Notes: generated by a model from the sequence alone, not told the origin. A stretch of 64,000 nucleotides of DNA from Gammaproteobacteria bacterium (GCA_965222615.1 CBDCUI010000009.1:224001-288000); one strand, 5' to 3'; numbered from the stretch's first letter, positions 39,838 through 49,691 are shown. Numbers and translations: made by a program.

Positions 39838-42147
39838 ATGGTAGATCGACTACCGCATCTAAGAATGGCTCGAGCAGAGCCGATTAACGAACGACGCCGA
39901 CGACCAGGATTTGGACCTGGGCGGCCTAAAGACCCTGGTCGTCACGCCCAAGAGTTAAAAGAAAACCTTGATGAGCATAAAGACTCACCAGAAAACGAAT
40001 TAGCTGGTTTCGATCCGCGCCACTTACTCAAACTCGAAATCGAAGGCATTGCTGGTGATGAGCTTTCAAACATTCCAGAATTCAGTGTCGTTACTGAAGA
40101 AGGGAGTAACGTAACTGTGTTGTTTGCTACGGAAAGCGCATTGAAAGAATTTCGTAGTCGATTAGAACAACTTGAAGCAGGTAATCGTGCGACACGTGAG
40201 CAAATATTATTTGCAGTTAAGGGATTTGATTATATTACTGCGGATGATCGCCGAGGCCCCCGGTTAAGCACGGATGGAACGCCAAACAAAGAGCTTTTCA
40301 TACTGGATGTTGAACTTTGGGCGCTTGATCTTCGTAATGAACGAGATGCGATGATCGAATATTTCGTTGAGTTTTGTCATCAATCTAATATTGACATTCG
40401 TGATCAAGTTAATCATCCATCGCTTGTTTTGTATCGTGTAGAAACATCTTCTGATGGTCTAAACAAATTACTTAACATGCGTGATGTAAGGCGTGTTGAC
40501 TTACCCCCTCAATATGAATTTGAGATGGAGTTACTTGATGCGACGGTGAACTCATTACCAGAAATTAAACCACCACCCGACAACGCACCCACCATAGCAA
40601 TATTAGATTCAGGAATAGCCAGTGCTCACCCACTTTTAGAGCATGCTGTTGGAGACGCTCAATCATTTGTTGACGAAGATCCCATCGACCTTGTTGGCCA
40701 CGGTACTACAGTAGCAGGTCATGCTTTACTTGGTGATGTAGCAACTGTCGCTCAAAGCGCAACGCATACCGCTGAACTTCGAATACTCAGCGGTAAAATT
40801 GGTCAAGGCCGAGATGATGTAACTTTGATTGAAAATCGCATTATTGAGGCGGTGCAATATTTTAAGGAACACTATAATTGTAGAGTGTTCAACCTATCTA
40901 TCGGTGTTTATGCTCGCCCTTACCTAGGCGGACACGTTGATAGACTTGCAGCTACTATTGATTGGTTATCTCGTGAGTATCAAGTGCTGTTCATTGTCTC
41001 GACGGGTAATATCCATTCAAGTGTGCAAGGGCCAGCCAATTGGCGAGAAGGTTACCCACGCTATTTGTTGGAAGATGAATTTCGCTTGTTAGATCCTGCT
41101 CCAGCATTGAACGCAATAACAGTAGGCGCATTAGCTAATTATGAGGTCGCCCGAATGGCTGCACGTAATCCTGACGATCCTTCATATCAACCTATTGCGC
41201 ATCGTGATCAACCATCACCCTTTACGTTGTGTGGTCCAGGTCCAAATGATGCAATAAAGCCAGATTTTGCCGACTACGGTGGTAATCGTTATATTGATTC
41301 ACGCCAAGCACCGCGACCATTAGCAGGAAATGAATTAGGTGAGCTCGGATTAAGTAATAAATTTGCCACTGGAAACTTGTATAGAGTTTCAGTGGGCACA
41401 AGTTTTGCTGCACCTCGTGTTGCACACTGTGCTGCACATATATTACGTCAGTATCCCGATGCGTCACCGTCGCTTCTTAGGGCGTTGTTGGCTGCTCATT
41501 CAACTGTGCCTACTTCCACAGCGGATTTGGATCTAGACAAATCAGAGGTACTACGTCTTGTTGGATACGGTAAGCCCAACAAAGAATATTCACTGTATTC
41601 CGAAAACAATCGCGTTACAATTTTGGCCGAAGAGACACTTGCTCCTAATGAACATCACTTCTACCAACTTCCTATGCCGGATGATCTTTTTAAGTCTCCT
41701 GCTCGTCGACCTCGACGAATTACTGTTGCTCTCGCACATACGCCACGAGTTCGACGAACGCGTTTAAAATACCGGGAAAGTGAGATGTCTTTTCGAATAA
41801 TTAAAGCCGAGAGCCTTGAATCCGTGACTCAAGCTTATCGGAGGCTGCGGAAAGATGAGAAAGAAGATCTAATTCCGGAAAGTGATTTCACACCAGGCCC
41901 TACGCTGCGTGAAGGTGGTTCATTGCAGTGTGCTACACGCATACTTGGTCAAGTGGATGAGCGATACCGAAGAAAACCATACTTCTTAGTTGTAACCAAT
42001 AATGTACCAGATTGGGTTAGCTCAATTGATTCGGAGCCTTATTCGCTTGTAATCGTTATTGAAGATCAATCAGACGTTGAAGTAAATCTATATACGCAAA
42101 TCCAATTAGAGCTACAAGAGCGTGTGCGCACACAGGCTCGGAATTAA
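39838..42147 (+). CDS. S8 subtilase-family serine protease (IetS/Y4bN-like)
   Basis: Catalytic triad ILDSG, GHGTTVA, GTSFAAP; GYGKP; no signal peptide; coupled to the AAA gene. Confidence 0.88.
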   Translation: MVDRLPHLRMARAEPINERRRRPGFGPGRPKDPGRHAQELKENLDEHKDSPENELAGFDPRHLLKLEIEGIAGDELSNIPEFSVVTEEGSNVTVLFATESALKEFRSRLEQLEAGNRATREQILFAVKGFDYITADDRRGPRLSTDGTPNKELFILDVELWALDLRNERDAMIEYFVEFCHQSNIDIRDQVNHPSLVLYRVETSSDGLNKLLNMRDVRRVDLPPQYEFEMELLDATVNSLPEIKPPPDNAPTIAILDSGIASAHPLLEHAVGDAQSFVDEDPIDLVGHGTTVAGHALLGDVATVAQSATHTAELRILSGKIGQGRDDVTLIENRIIEAVQYFKEHYNCRVFNLSIGVYARPYLGGHVDRLAATIDWLSREYQVLFIVSTGNIHSSVQGPANWREGYPRYLLEDEFRLLDPAPALNAITVGALANYEVARMAARNPDDPSYQPIAHRDQPSPFTLCGPGPNDAIKPDFADYGGNRYIDSRQAPRPLAGNELGELGLSNKFATGNLYRVSVGTSFAAPRVAHCAAHILRQYPDASPSLLRALLAAHSTVPTSTADLDLDKSEVLRLVGYGKPNKEYSLYSENNRVTILAEETLAPNEHHFYQLPMPDDLFKSPARRPRRITVALAHTPRVRRTRLKYRESEMSFRIIKAESLESVTQAYRRLRKDEKEDLIPESDFTPGPTLREGGSLQCATRILGQVDERYRRKPYFLVVTNNVPDWVSSIDSEPYSLVIVIEDQSDVEVNLYTQIQLELQERVRTQARN

Positions 42148-42233
42148 AGTTTCGAATTTCTGCGTGCAAACTCTATGATGAAATCGACAAGATATGCAGT
42201 ATCGTTTTTAACCATACCACACGTATTTTCACC

Positions 42234-42257
42234 CCCAACTTTTATTAAAAAGTTAAC
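42234..42257 (-). other. 24-bp site s4 (GTTAACTTTT taat AAAAGTTGGG)
   Basis: Lies within the inverted repeat 42234-42302 of 36118-36187; bounds the recombinase-AAA-S8 module. Confidence 0.65.
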
Positions 42258-42302
42258 GCGCCCTATTCTCTTCATTGGCTAACCTTGATGTCCGCTTTTG
42301 GC

Positions 42303-42552
42303 TGTGGTCTCAATAGGTCGATGCAACACTTTGAAATAGAGTGAAAAAAGGCTGCAAAAGCTAAGAGAAATGCAATTACATCAACATCTTAAGAGTAGAT
42401 CAATAAAAGATGGCTCGAAGCAAGTAATAATGCAGTATTTAATGTAACCGGTTCATCCAAAAACAACTCAACACTAAATGGTCATCCGTTTGAGTCAACC
42501 TCTTTATTACTAAAAGTTTAGCAAGGTGTTGCATTGACCGATTGAATCGGCA
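42303..42552. mobile_element. 250-bp non-autonomous IS30-ended element in a palindrome
   Basis: Ends TGTGGTCTCAATAGGTCGATGCAACAC and GTGTTGCATTGACCGATTGAATCGGCA resemble the IS30 IRs at 32817/34047; no transposase. Confidence 0.75.
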
Positions 42553-42589
42553 GTCGTTAGCGGACATTATATGGGTATTAAGATCATTA

Positions 42590-42613
42590 CCCAACAATTA
42601 GGCAAAAGTTAAT
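42590..42613 (-). other. 24-bp site s5 (ATTAACTTTT gcct AATTGTTGGG)
   Basis: Overlaps the 58-bp inverted repeat 42553-42610 of 29657-29714; lies just downstream of tniQ. Confidence 0.6.
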
Positions 42614-42651
42614 AGATAATTATTCCTGAATTTCTTTGTACGACCCTCATA

Positions 42652-44238
42652 TTAGAATGAACCATGCACGTGCATAGATCTTTCGACTATTTCATCCCTG
42701 CCTTTTTGTTTTACATCGCTCAAATTAACTAGTATTGGTAGGAATGTTAAGTGTTCGTATACGATCTTATTATTAGTGATGTCAATAAAAGATAGCGTTT
42801 TTGCAAAATTGAGTTTATTTAGATCGCGCTCCAAGTTATCTGAATGCACCCATATTTGTTCACTCAAAGAAACTAACCATACAAATTGTAAATAAAGTTC
42901 TGCAAGGTATTGCCACAACCATTCTTTGGTAAACCGATAGACAAAGGGTCGATTATTAAAATGCATGCATTTACTATCTTCAGACCATAATAATTTTCCT
43001 GGACCGTTTTCTGACCAATCCATCCATACCGATGAATCCAAATAATGTGATGCGTAGTCCTCTACATTAATTATTTGCCCTTGCGGAAATACACATTTTT
43101 GCCAAAGCGAATATGCAGTACACCATAATGACGTAGCTTTAGATAATTTGACACTACAAAACTTATTACAGTGAAACATAGTCCCTGACTTACGACTTGA
43201 ATAATCAATATGCACTTTCAATTCCTGATCAAACGACTTTATGAAGGATGTTATAAATTGAGTGAGGTGGTTATAAGTCCGTAATTTGGGGAATCTTTCT
43301 ATCAAATTTTTACCGTTTAGGTATTCTTTAGTAAGAGTTCTATCACGTAGAATCTCCTTGTAATTTTTTACGTCATACTTATCGAAACAACCCACATCAC
43401 ATGAAAGTGGATAAAATTCCCTAGTAGGGATATTTATTTTTGATTTCAAGTACGTGGTTTTTGAAGTTCTAACATTTCCAACGTTAACTAAACAAGTCTT
43501 CACCCAATCCGGACCAGCTGAAAAATGATGTAAATAGGCTAAATTTGCATAGTCGACACAACCCTTCAGCCAAATCCGAACAGAATTGGAAGGGTTATTG
43601 AGTTCCTCGGCTTTGTTAATCCAATATCTATATTCTTCTATTATTTTCTTGCGTTCTAAAATATCTGTGCCGACTCTATATCTATCTATATCCCAAAAAT
43701 TTGTTCCACACTTAATGTTAGGGCAACTATATATTTGTAAGAAAGCATTCGTAACTTTATATTTATGTAAATAGCTCCCACATTTTATACAGATAGTAGT
43801 TAATGGAGCGTGATGAATTGGGCAGTGACTCCATGCGAGAATTTGATGGAAAACAAGATGTGTGCCCCGCTGGACACATTGAGGACAAATGCGTAAATGT
43901 TTTGATAAATTTAATGGATTGTTAATAGAGATTGTTGATTTATAGGCACAGATGTTTTTGATATTCGAGGAATAGTATTCTCCACACGATGCCTCTAACC
44001 AATCACTCTTCCAACCAGTCAGCTGCAGAATTCGTTTTACGTTAAAATTACGAACGTCGTCTGGATAGGTGCTTATATCGCTAATGTAATCCGACGCATA
44101 ACTTTTTCGAGTTCCAAAGTTTCTTTTAAAGTCTGACCAATCAAAATGATTTAATATTGCTAGCTTCGCTGTAATAGACCACAGAGTCTCACCTATTGGA
44201 TTCCATTCTTGAGCACCAATCAGGCTACGGCTATTCAT
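42652..44238 (-). CDS. tniQ: TniQ/TnsD-family target selector
   Basis: PIGETLWS N-terminus; zinc-finger CPQC...HQ..WSHCPIH...CIKCG...CPNIKCG; long C-terminal extension; last gene of the tns operon. Confidence 0.8.
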   Translation of the reverse strand: MNSRSLIGAQEWNPIGETLWSITAKLAILNHFDWSDFKRNFGTRKSYASDYISDISTYPDDVRNFNVKRILQLTGWKSDWLEASCGEYYSSNIKNICAYKSTISINNPLNLSKHLRICPQCVQRGTHLVFHQILAWSHCPIHHAPLTTICIKCGSYLHKYKVTNAFLQIYSCPNIKCGTNFWDIDRYRVGTDILERKKIIEEYRYWINKAEELNNPSNSVRIWLKGCVDYANLAYLHHFSAGPDWVKTCLVNVGNVRTSKTTYLKSKINIPTREFYPLSCDVGCFDKYDVKNYKEILRDRTLTKEYLNGKNLIERFPKLRTYNHLTQFITSFIKSFDQELKVHIDYSSRKSGTMFHCNKFCSVKLSKATSLWCTAYSLWQKCVFPQGQIINVEDYASHYLDSSVWMDWSENGPGKLLWSEDSKCMHFNNRPFVYRFTKEWLWQYLAELYLQFVWLVSLSEQIWVHSDNLERDLNKLNFAKTLSFIDITNNKIVYEHLTFLPILVNLSDVKQKGRDEIVERSMHVHGSF

Positions 44239-44250
44239 TATTTGATAATG

Positions 44251-45240
44251 TTAATGTGCTGTACGTACAACTAGATCTTTAATCTGTTCAATTGCTACAT
44301 GGCTGATAGCATCTTCGATGAATCTCTTTTCCAATTGAAGTGACATATCATCTTGTTCTGGCAATGCTTTTAGTATCCAACGTAATAACGCTGAGATCGG
44401 TTGTAGAGGAATTTCATCAAATTTTGCAATATGTTCAGCTCTGCACATCTCCATAAGAGAATCCCAAATTAATTCTGCCGAATCTAATAAACGCCAGCCT
44501 GCGTCATAAGCTTGTGGAGCAAAATACCTTGTATAGGAGCATCCCGACCCAGGAGGATATTCTGAATGTGAATCGAGCATTTTTATTATGCGTCTAAAAT
44601 CTCTTTTGTCGGCAATGCCTTCAAATCGATGTGTCGCAGTCATGAATCGCCCAAGCAATTGTTGCTTTCCTGAACTTCTGAAATTGTTTTTTATATCTAT
44701 TAATTCTGGTTGACCGACTAGCACTGTCACTAAACGCACGTCTTTCATTTTCAATGAATTATGAAGATCCATAAGATATTCATATTGTGTTAAATCTAAC
44801 CATTCTGCTTCATCAATAAATAAAAGATAACGATGTTCACGCGTTTGAAAGGCACGCTCAACCATAAAATCAATACAACGTCTGCGCTTTATTCTTGCGG
44901 CTTTAGAATCAATTAATGAATAATTTAGTGCTTGCAGCATCTCATCAAAGAAGCGTAATTCAGTAGTACTACTTTGTGATGGTTGCCACATGCTCAACAT
45001 CGTAGTTGGAATTGGGCTTCCTAAAACTTCTTCACAATTATCAACAATGTAACGAATTGCTTGAGTCTTCCCTACCCTTTGATTTCCCCACACTAAACCG
45101 CCTGGTAAAAGTTTATCCAACCAAACTAGAATTGCATTTACGAATTCTTCTAATGGACGCGTCGGAATAATTGCTGCATCACGCAATATTGGGTGATCGT
45201 CAATAAACTCTACTCTCTCGTTATTATGCTTTCTTTCCAT
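44251..45240 (-). CDS. tnsC: TnsC/TniB-like AAA ATPase
   Basis: Walker A GNQRVGKT, Walker B LFIDEAE, LVGQPEL, GRF. Confidence 0.82.
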   Translation of the reverse strand: MERKHNNERVEFIDDHPILRDAAIIPTRPLEEFVNAILVWLDKLLPGGLVWGNQRVGKTQAIRYIVDNCEEVLGSPIPTTMLSMWQPSQSSTTELRFFDEMLQALNYSLIDSKAARIKRRRCIDFMVERAFQTREHRYLLFIDEAEWLDLTQYEYLMDLHNSLKMKDVRLVTVLVGQPELIDIKNNFRSSGKQQLLGRFMTATHRFEGIADKRDFRRIIKMLDSHSEYPPGSGCSYTRYFAPQAYDAGWRLLDSAELIWDSLMEMCRAEHIAKFDEIPLQPISALLRWILKALPEQDDMSLQLEKRFIEDAISHVAIEQIKDLVVRTAH

Positions 45241-45252
45241 TGTGTTTATATG

Positions 45253-47148
45253 CTATCGAGTTGTATGTACTTTATTTAATGAAACCCAGTTCTCGTGTTT
45301 CGTAGGTATATTCTGTTTTTCTTGTTTTAGTTTGTTGAATTCTGTTGAGGAGTGCTGCAAATGCAGAAGTCGGTTTCTATCTTTTCTATATTTATTGGCG
45401 CGTTTATTGAGAAAGTTCATGTAGTCTGATAACGGTGTGAGCGTGTCAGAATATAAACGCTTTTGCTTTATAAGTTTTAAAATTGCACATCTTATTTTTA
45501 AGCTATGTGGATAGATCATCCAGCGTTCTTCTGCTTCAAGACGACCTATACATTTGCCATTTTCTAAAAACAGTAACCCTGTGCGTATGTCTTTAATGTT
45601 TACGCGAAATGTTGCACGTTGATTTGTATATTGAGTATTAATTCTTAAGAAGTCACTGGAATATCTCACTCCTTTGAATTTTATATAGGGTCGGTGCTGA
45701 TGCTCACGACTTGACCGTATCGTGACAAAATAATTTCTTTCAAATAAGGGAATATTATCCGGTTGTTGATTTGTTAGATATCGTGGTATATCCCCTGCTC
45801 GATCAATTCGATAACGGATGTATTCAAGTGGCGTGCGACCATTCAGACTGGTGTGAGGGCTCGCATTATAGTTTGCGATAGCGACATCTGTAACGAGTTC
45901 AAGGTTTTCATACTCGATTAAGAGTTTTTTTGCTTGCTGTGTTGCGTTTCTTCTTCTCGGATCTTGTGGATTTGAACCAGTTGTATTTGGCCATCTATGT
46001 AAAGATGCTTCTTCAAACGTCCTCATGAATCTTTCAATTATTGAATTAGATCGAGGTCGTCGAGCTTTATTGCTGATGATCTCTATTGCACCCGTTGAGA
46101 TAATTCTGTTTTGTAGCCAACTAGAAATATTTGCATATGCATTGTCTAGTTGGACAACATCAAATGATCTCCAAGCGCATTTATCAATAACACCAGATGG
46201 CAATCCCGCATTTCGCTTGTAATGAATAACGCCGTTGGTATTTTCTTTTGGTAACCACGGTGTGAATGAACTTGCTATGCATTCTAGCAAGTCTTCCATA
46301 GTGTAATTTTCCGATAAGCTTAAGCTATAACCAAGAATCGCCCTGCTCGACACATCAATTAGTACGAGCAACCAAATTCTAGAAAGCGGTAGTTCTTGTT
46401 CTTCACCAAATTGGTCTTTGATGCGGATGATTAGTTCAGCATCAAGGCGATGTGCATCAAACTGCACCTTATTATATGGTTTTAGTATTGGGACAGCGTT
46501 ATTTAAGCAGATATGATTTGTAGTGATCGATTGGATGTTATCGCCAAACTCAGCAATCGCTCCTTCAATAAAATTCTCTTTTTGAACTTTTCTGCAATAG
46601 TTACGAATTACCTCTCTACCACCGTCACGATTACTGAAGGGATAATCCAATTCGGTATCAATGCCTTTTGCTGTACAATTATCTTTAAAAGCTTCCCAAA
46701 TGATTTTAGTATTTCTACCGCGCACATAGCACTCATCTATTTTTTTCTTTCCTAATGCCCATCCTTTAAGGCTATCTTCAAGATTTGGATATTGACGTAG
46801 AAATTGACTAAATAATCCAGCATGCCCAGTTAACTTGTTGGTTGTACGCTCATACTTTTTAAATCGAAAATTTGGGATACAAGCTGTATACCCCCACGGA
46901 TCTCCATCTGGCGATACGTCAAAGGCACGTTTAAGAATTCGTATTAACTCTGATTTAGATAATCCGCATTTATAAAGTATTTTTTCTATTGACAAATCGG
47001 ATGATAAATATAGGTCAACAGCACGTTTTCTACGATTAAATTTCGCTTTTTTAGCAGCAGAAAATGAACTTACATCAACCGGAAGCCAGTTGTTTGGCTC
47101 TAAGTCTTTTGATAGATGATTATTTTCAAGACATAGTTTCCTGATCAT
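45253..47148 (-). CDS. tnsB: TnsB-like DDE transposase
   Basis: VQFDAH, LIDVSSRAILG, LDNA, IERFMRT, YNASPHTSLNGRTP. Confidence 0.88.
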   Translation of the reverse strand: MIRKLCLENNHLSKDLEPNNWLPVDVSSFSAAKKAKFNRRKRAVDLYLSSDLSIEKILYKCGLSKSELIRILKRAFDVSPDGDPWGYTACIPNFRFKKYERTTNKLTGHAGLFSQFLRQYPNLEDSLKGWALGKKKIDECYVRGRNTKIIWEAFKDNCTAKGIDTELDYPFSNRDGGREVIRNYCRKVQKENFIEGAIAEFGDNIQSITTNHICLNNAVPILKPYNKVQFDAHRLDAELIIRIKDQFGEEQELPLSRIWLLVLIDVSSRAILGYSLSLSENYTMEDLLECIASSFTPWLPKENTNGVIHYKRNAGLPSGVIDKCAWRSFDVVQLDNAYANISSWLQNRIISTGAIEIISNKARRPRSNSIIERFMRTFEEASLHRWPNTTGSNPQDPRRRNATQQAKKLLIEYENLELVTDVAIANYNASPHTSLNGRTPLEYIRYRIDRAGDIPRYLTNQQPDNIPLFERNYFVTIRSSREHQHRPYIKFKGVRYSSDFLRINTQYTNQRATFRVNIKDIRTGLLFLENGKCIGRLEAEERWMIYPHSLKIRCAILKLIKQKRLYSDTLTPLSDYMNFLNKRANKYRKDRNRLLHLQHSSTEFNKLKQEKQNIPTKHENWVSLNKVHTTR

Positions 47149-47887
47149 GAGAACTGGATTTTATTATTGTTTTTATTGTTAATGGGTATGTGTCTAAATC
47201 AGATGAAAGTACCCCTTTGTGTAAATGTTTTGCTAAACAAGCAATAATATGCTGAGATTCAGACGCGCAGAGATTGATGATTTTCTCAAGGGTTATTTCT
47301 TTGTAGTTCTTACAAAGTTCCAAAACCTCTCTTTCAAGCAAAGGATCTGGGCTCTTATAGGCGTTTCTTGCATGTGAGAGCAGCTCACGCCAATTAAAAA
47401 TTAGAATTTTGTCTTTCTCTAAATTTTTATTAGTTATAAATTCACATCTGTAGCCATTTTCACTTCCCCACCTCTCAATTAAGTTCCAATCTTTGGGTCT
47501 AGTTGTTCCAGAATTGTCCTTCCTAAGAGAGGCTTCATTGAGAACTTCATAGAATACTTCTTGTTTTGACTTAAAGGTGAAACTTAAATCAAATGTGTAG
47601 TGAGGTTTGTTTCTTAGAGGCGCTTCTATCCGCAGTGGTCGCTCGCATAATTTTGTTATTGAAGGTTCCGCTTCTGCTTTTATGATTGCATCAGCAATTA
47701 GATCTCCGGCGACACAGACTTCTCTCATACCAGCCTTGATACTAAAAATGCGATGATATCTGCAGTTAATTTGTTTTTTTAGAGGCAATAAATGCGGGCC
47801 TCTAAACATTTTAGCTTCTATAAAACGTGCTGAATTGAAGTTCTCAGTGGATAAGTTGTTCTTATTATTTGCAACTACATCAGTCAT
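47126..47887 (-). CDS. tnsA: TnsA-like endonuclease
   Basis: FSIK...EAEPSITKLCERP...HYTFDL...FYEV PD-(D/E)xK-like pattern with a C-terminal wHTH-like region; overlaps the tnsB start. Confidence 0.7.
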   Translation of the reverse strand: MTDVVANNKNNLSTENFNSARFIEAKMFRGPHLLPLKKQINCRYHRIFSIKAGMREVCVAGDLIADAIIKAEAEPSITKLCERPLRIEAPLRNKPHYTFDLSFTFKSKQEVFYEVLNEASLRKDNSGTTRPKDWNLIERWGSENGYRCEFITNKNLEKDKILIFNWRELLSHARNAYKSPDPLLEREVLELCKNYKEITLEKIINLCASESQHIIACLAKHLHKGVLSSDLDTYPLTIKTIIKSSSHDQETMS

Positions 47888-48169
47888 AAATTTGTAAACT
47901 AATAAAGATGACTGTTCTAAATTAATAAATAATTACTATCTCAATCAACATAAAATTGTCTTGTAATATCAAGATTTTGATCTGTTATGTTTCTTAACTA
48001 ATTATGTTAGCCGTGTATAGCATTGTGAACACACACTATATGTAGTGGGTAGCATTGTTTTACTATCGCTTTTTTCATGAATTTTAGGAAATTTTGCATA
48101 TTTTAAGAATATATGTAAAAAAATGGTTGTATAAATAATCTAATATTTCGATCGTTTTAGATCAAAATT

Positions 48170-48565
48170 TTGTTTAATATTTTGTATATGGGAAGAGACT
48201 TAAAAGTACTCGGCGAAAACATAACGTTACTGCGTAAACGTTTATGTTTGAAGCAAGACCAGTTGGCTGAAATTGTTGGAACTTCCCAGTCACAAATTAA
48301 TGCGCTCGAAAGCAAGAAAACTTGTAATCCTGGTTATTTCATTGTTGAAGCATTAGCAGATTTTTTTGGTGTTAATAACTGGGATCTTGTTCATAAGCGT
48401 CTGGTGAACTTGAGTCCGAAAGAGCAACTTATTAATAGAGTAAGAACAAACACATCTGACAGTGATTTTTTACAAATTAAGCATCTAGTAGATGGTCAGC
48501 ATCTTGAATACGCGAAAAGCGGTAAATTTCGCTACGAGTATCGCCAGATAAAGAAAAGTAACTAG
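48170..48565 (+). CDS. XRE-family HTH regulator inside the transposon
   Basis: LGENITLLRKRLCLKQDQLAEIVGTSQSQINALE...NP; divergent from tnsA. Confidence 0.8.
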   Translation: MFNILYMGRDLKVLGENITLLRKRLCLKQDQLAEIVGTSQSQINALESKKTCNPGYFIVEALADFFGVNNWDLVHKRLVNLSPKEQLINRVRTNTSDSDFLQIKHLVDGQHLEYAKSGKFRYEYRQIKKSN

Positions 48566-48981
48566 AAAATAGTGTCCTGTAATTCAAGCATCGACTTTTA
48601 CTACGAAGTTTCCCCAAAATCTGATTTTTAGTCCTGTTTCTTCACGTCTAAATTAGTCCTCGAATTGGACTGATTTCAATAATTACAATAATTTAGGACT
48701 GTTTCTTAGTGTTCGGTATTACTAGGAACTACAACATGCCCTATACCAGAAAGTTACTTTTAAGATTACTCTGGTTACCATGATACGTGACTACTTATTA
48801 GATAGGCTTTCTATTACCTAATGGCTACACAAAGTCGAATATTGTTTTAGAAAAATATCGTATCTTAATGAATTTATTAGAATTATATTTTTAAGAATAA
48901 CTGGCCTTATCCCACGATTAATATATTCTAATTCTATTAGTAAAATTATATATTAGAATCTTCTAATATTATTAATATTTT

Positions 48982-49605
48982 ATGGGATGTGTAGTTATGA
49001 AATCAGCAATTCAAAGTTTTAAATTTACGACTATCGCGTTTCTTGTAACCCTCGCGATCAGTCTTTCTCCTGTTGTTTTTGGCAAAAATGACAAAGATAC
49101 ACAAGAAGAAAACACTCAAGCTTCTACCGATTGTAAAATGAAAGCCTATACCGACCCAGAAGTAATGGCTGCAGCGATGCTCGATCCAGCTAAGTTTATG
49201 GAGCTTATGGCCTTAATGAGCAATCCACAAACTACTTCTAATATGATGGAGTGTGGTTTAGATACTAATCAGTGGAACGAAATTATCGCTAATATGACCA
49301 ACCCAGCCAAAATGATGAACGCAATGGTTCAGTTCATGAATCCGCAGATGTATGTAAATTGGATGAATGCTTCCATGAATCCCGCGTTTTACCAATCTAT
49401 GAATGGCTTTATGAATCCTGCCTTATACATGCAATGGATGACTGCCTCTATGAACCCACAGTTCTATGCACCGATGTATAAAACCATGGACCCTAAATGG
49501 CAGCAAGAAGCTACAGCTTGGATGATGGATTCAAGTAATTTCCAACAAATATTTGACAACATGTTTAAAGCACCTGTAATTGCAGAAGCACCAGTTACGG
49601 AATAA
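48982..49605 (+). CDS. Secreted Met-rich repeat protein
   Basis: Signal peptide; repeated MNP..Y..WM.A.MNP units. Confidence 0.7.
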   Translation: MGCVVMKSAIQSFKFTTIAFLVTLAISLSPVVFGKNDKDTQEENTQASTDCKMKAYTDPEVMAAAMLDPAKFMELMALMSNPQTTSNMMECGLDTNQWNEIIANMTNPAKMMNAMVQFMNPQMYVNWMNASMNPAFYQSMNGFMNPALYMQWMTASMNPQFYAPMYKTMDPKWQQEATAWMMDSSNFQQIFDNMFKAPVIAEAPVTE

Positions 49606-49691
49606 AACTGATAAAAATAAAATTTTGCAGGATGCAATCGGGATGTCTTTGACTCTCAGGAACTAGAGTAGAAACTGCACTCCCCTCATAG

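Larger units (their letters stand above)
37110..48733 (-). mobile_element. Complete Tn7-like transposon (tnsA-tnsB-tnsC-tniQ plus cargo), 11.6 kb
   Basis: Ends TGTGATTCTTAGTAAAACC and GGTATTACTAGGAACTACA; 5-bp TSD ACATG at 37105-37109 and 48734-48738; repeated internal end sites; four tns genes. Confidence 0.92.
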
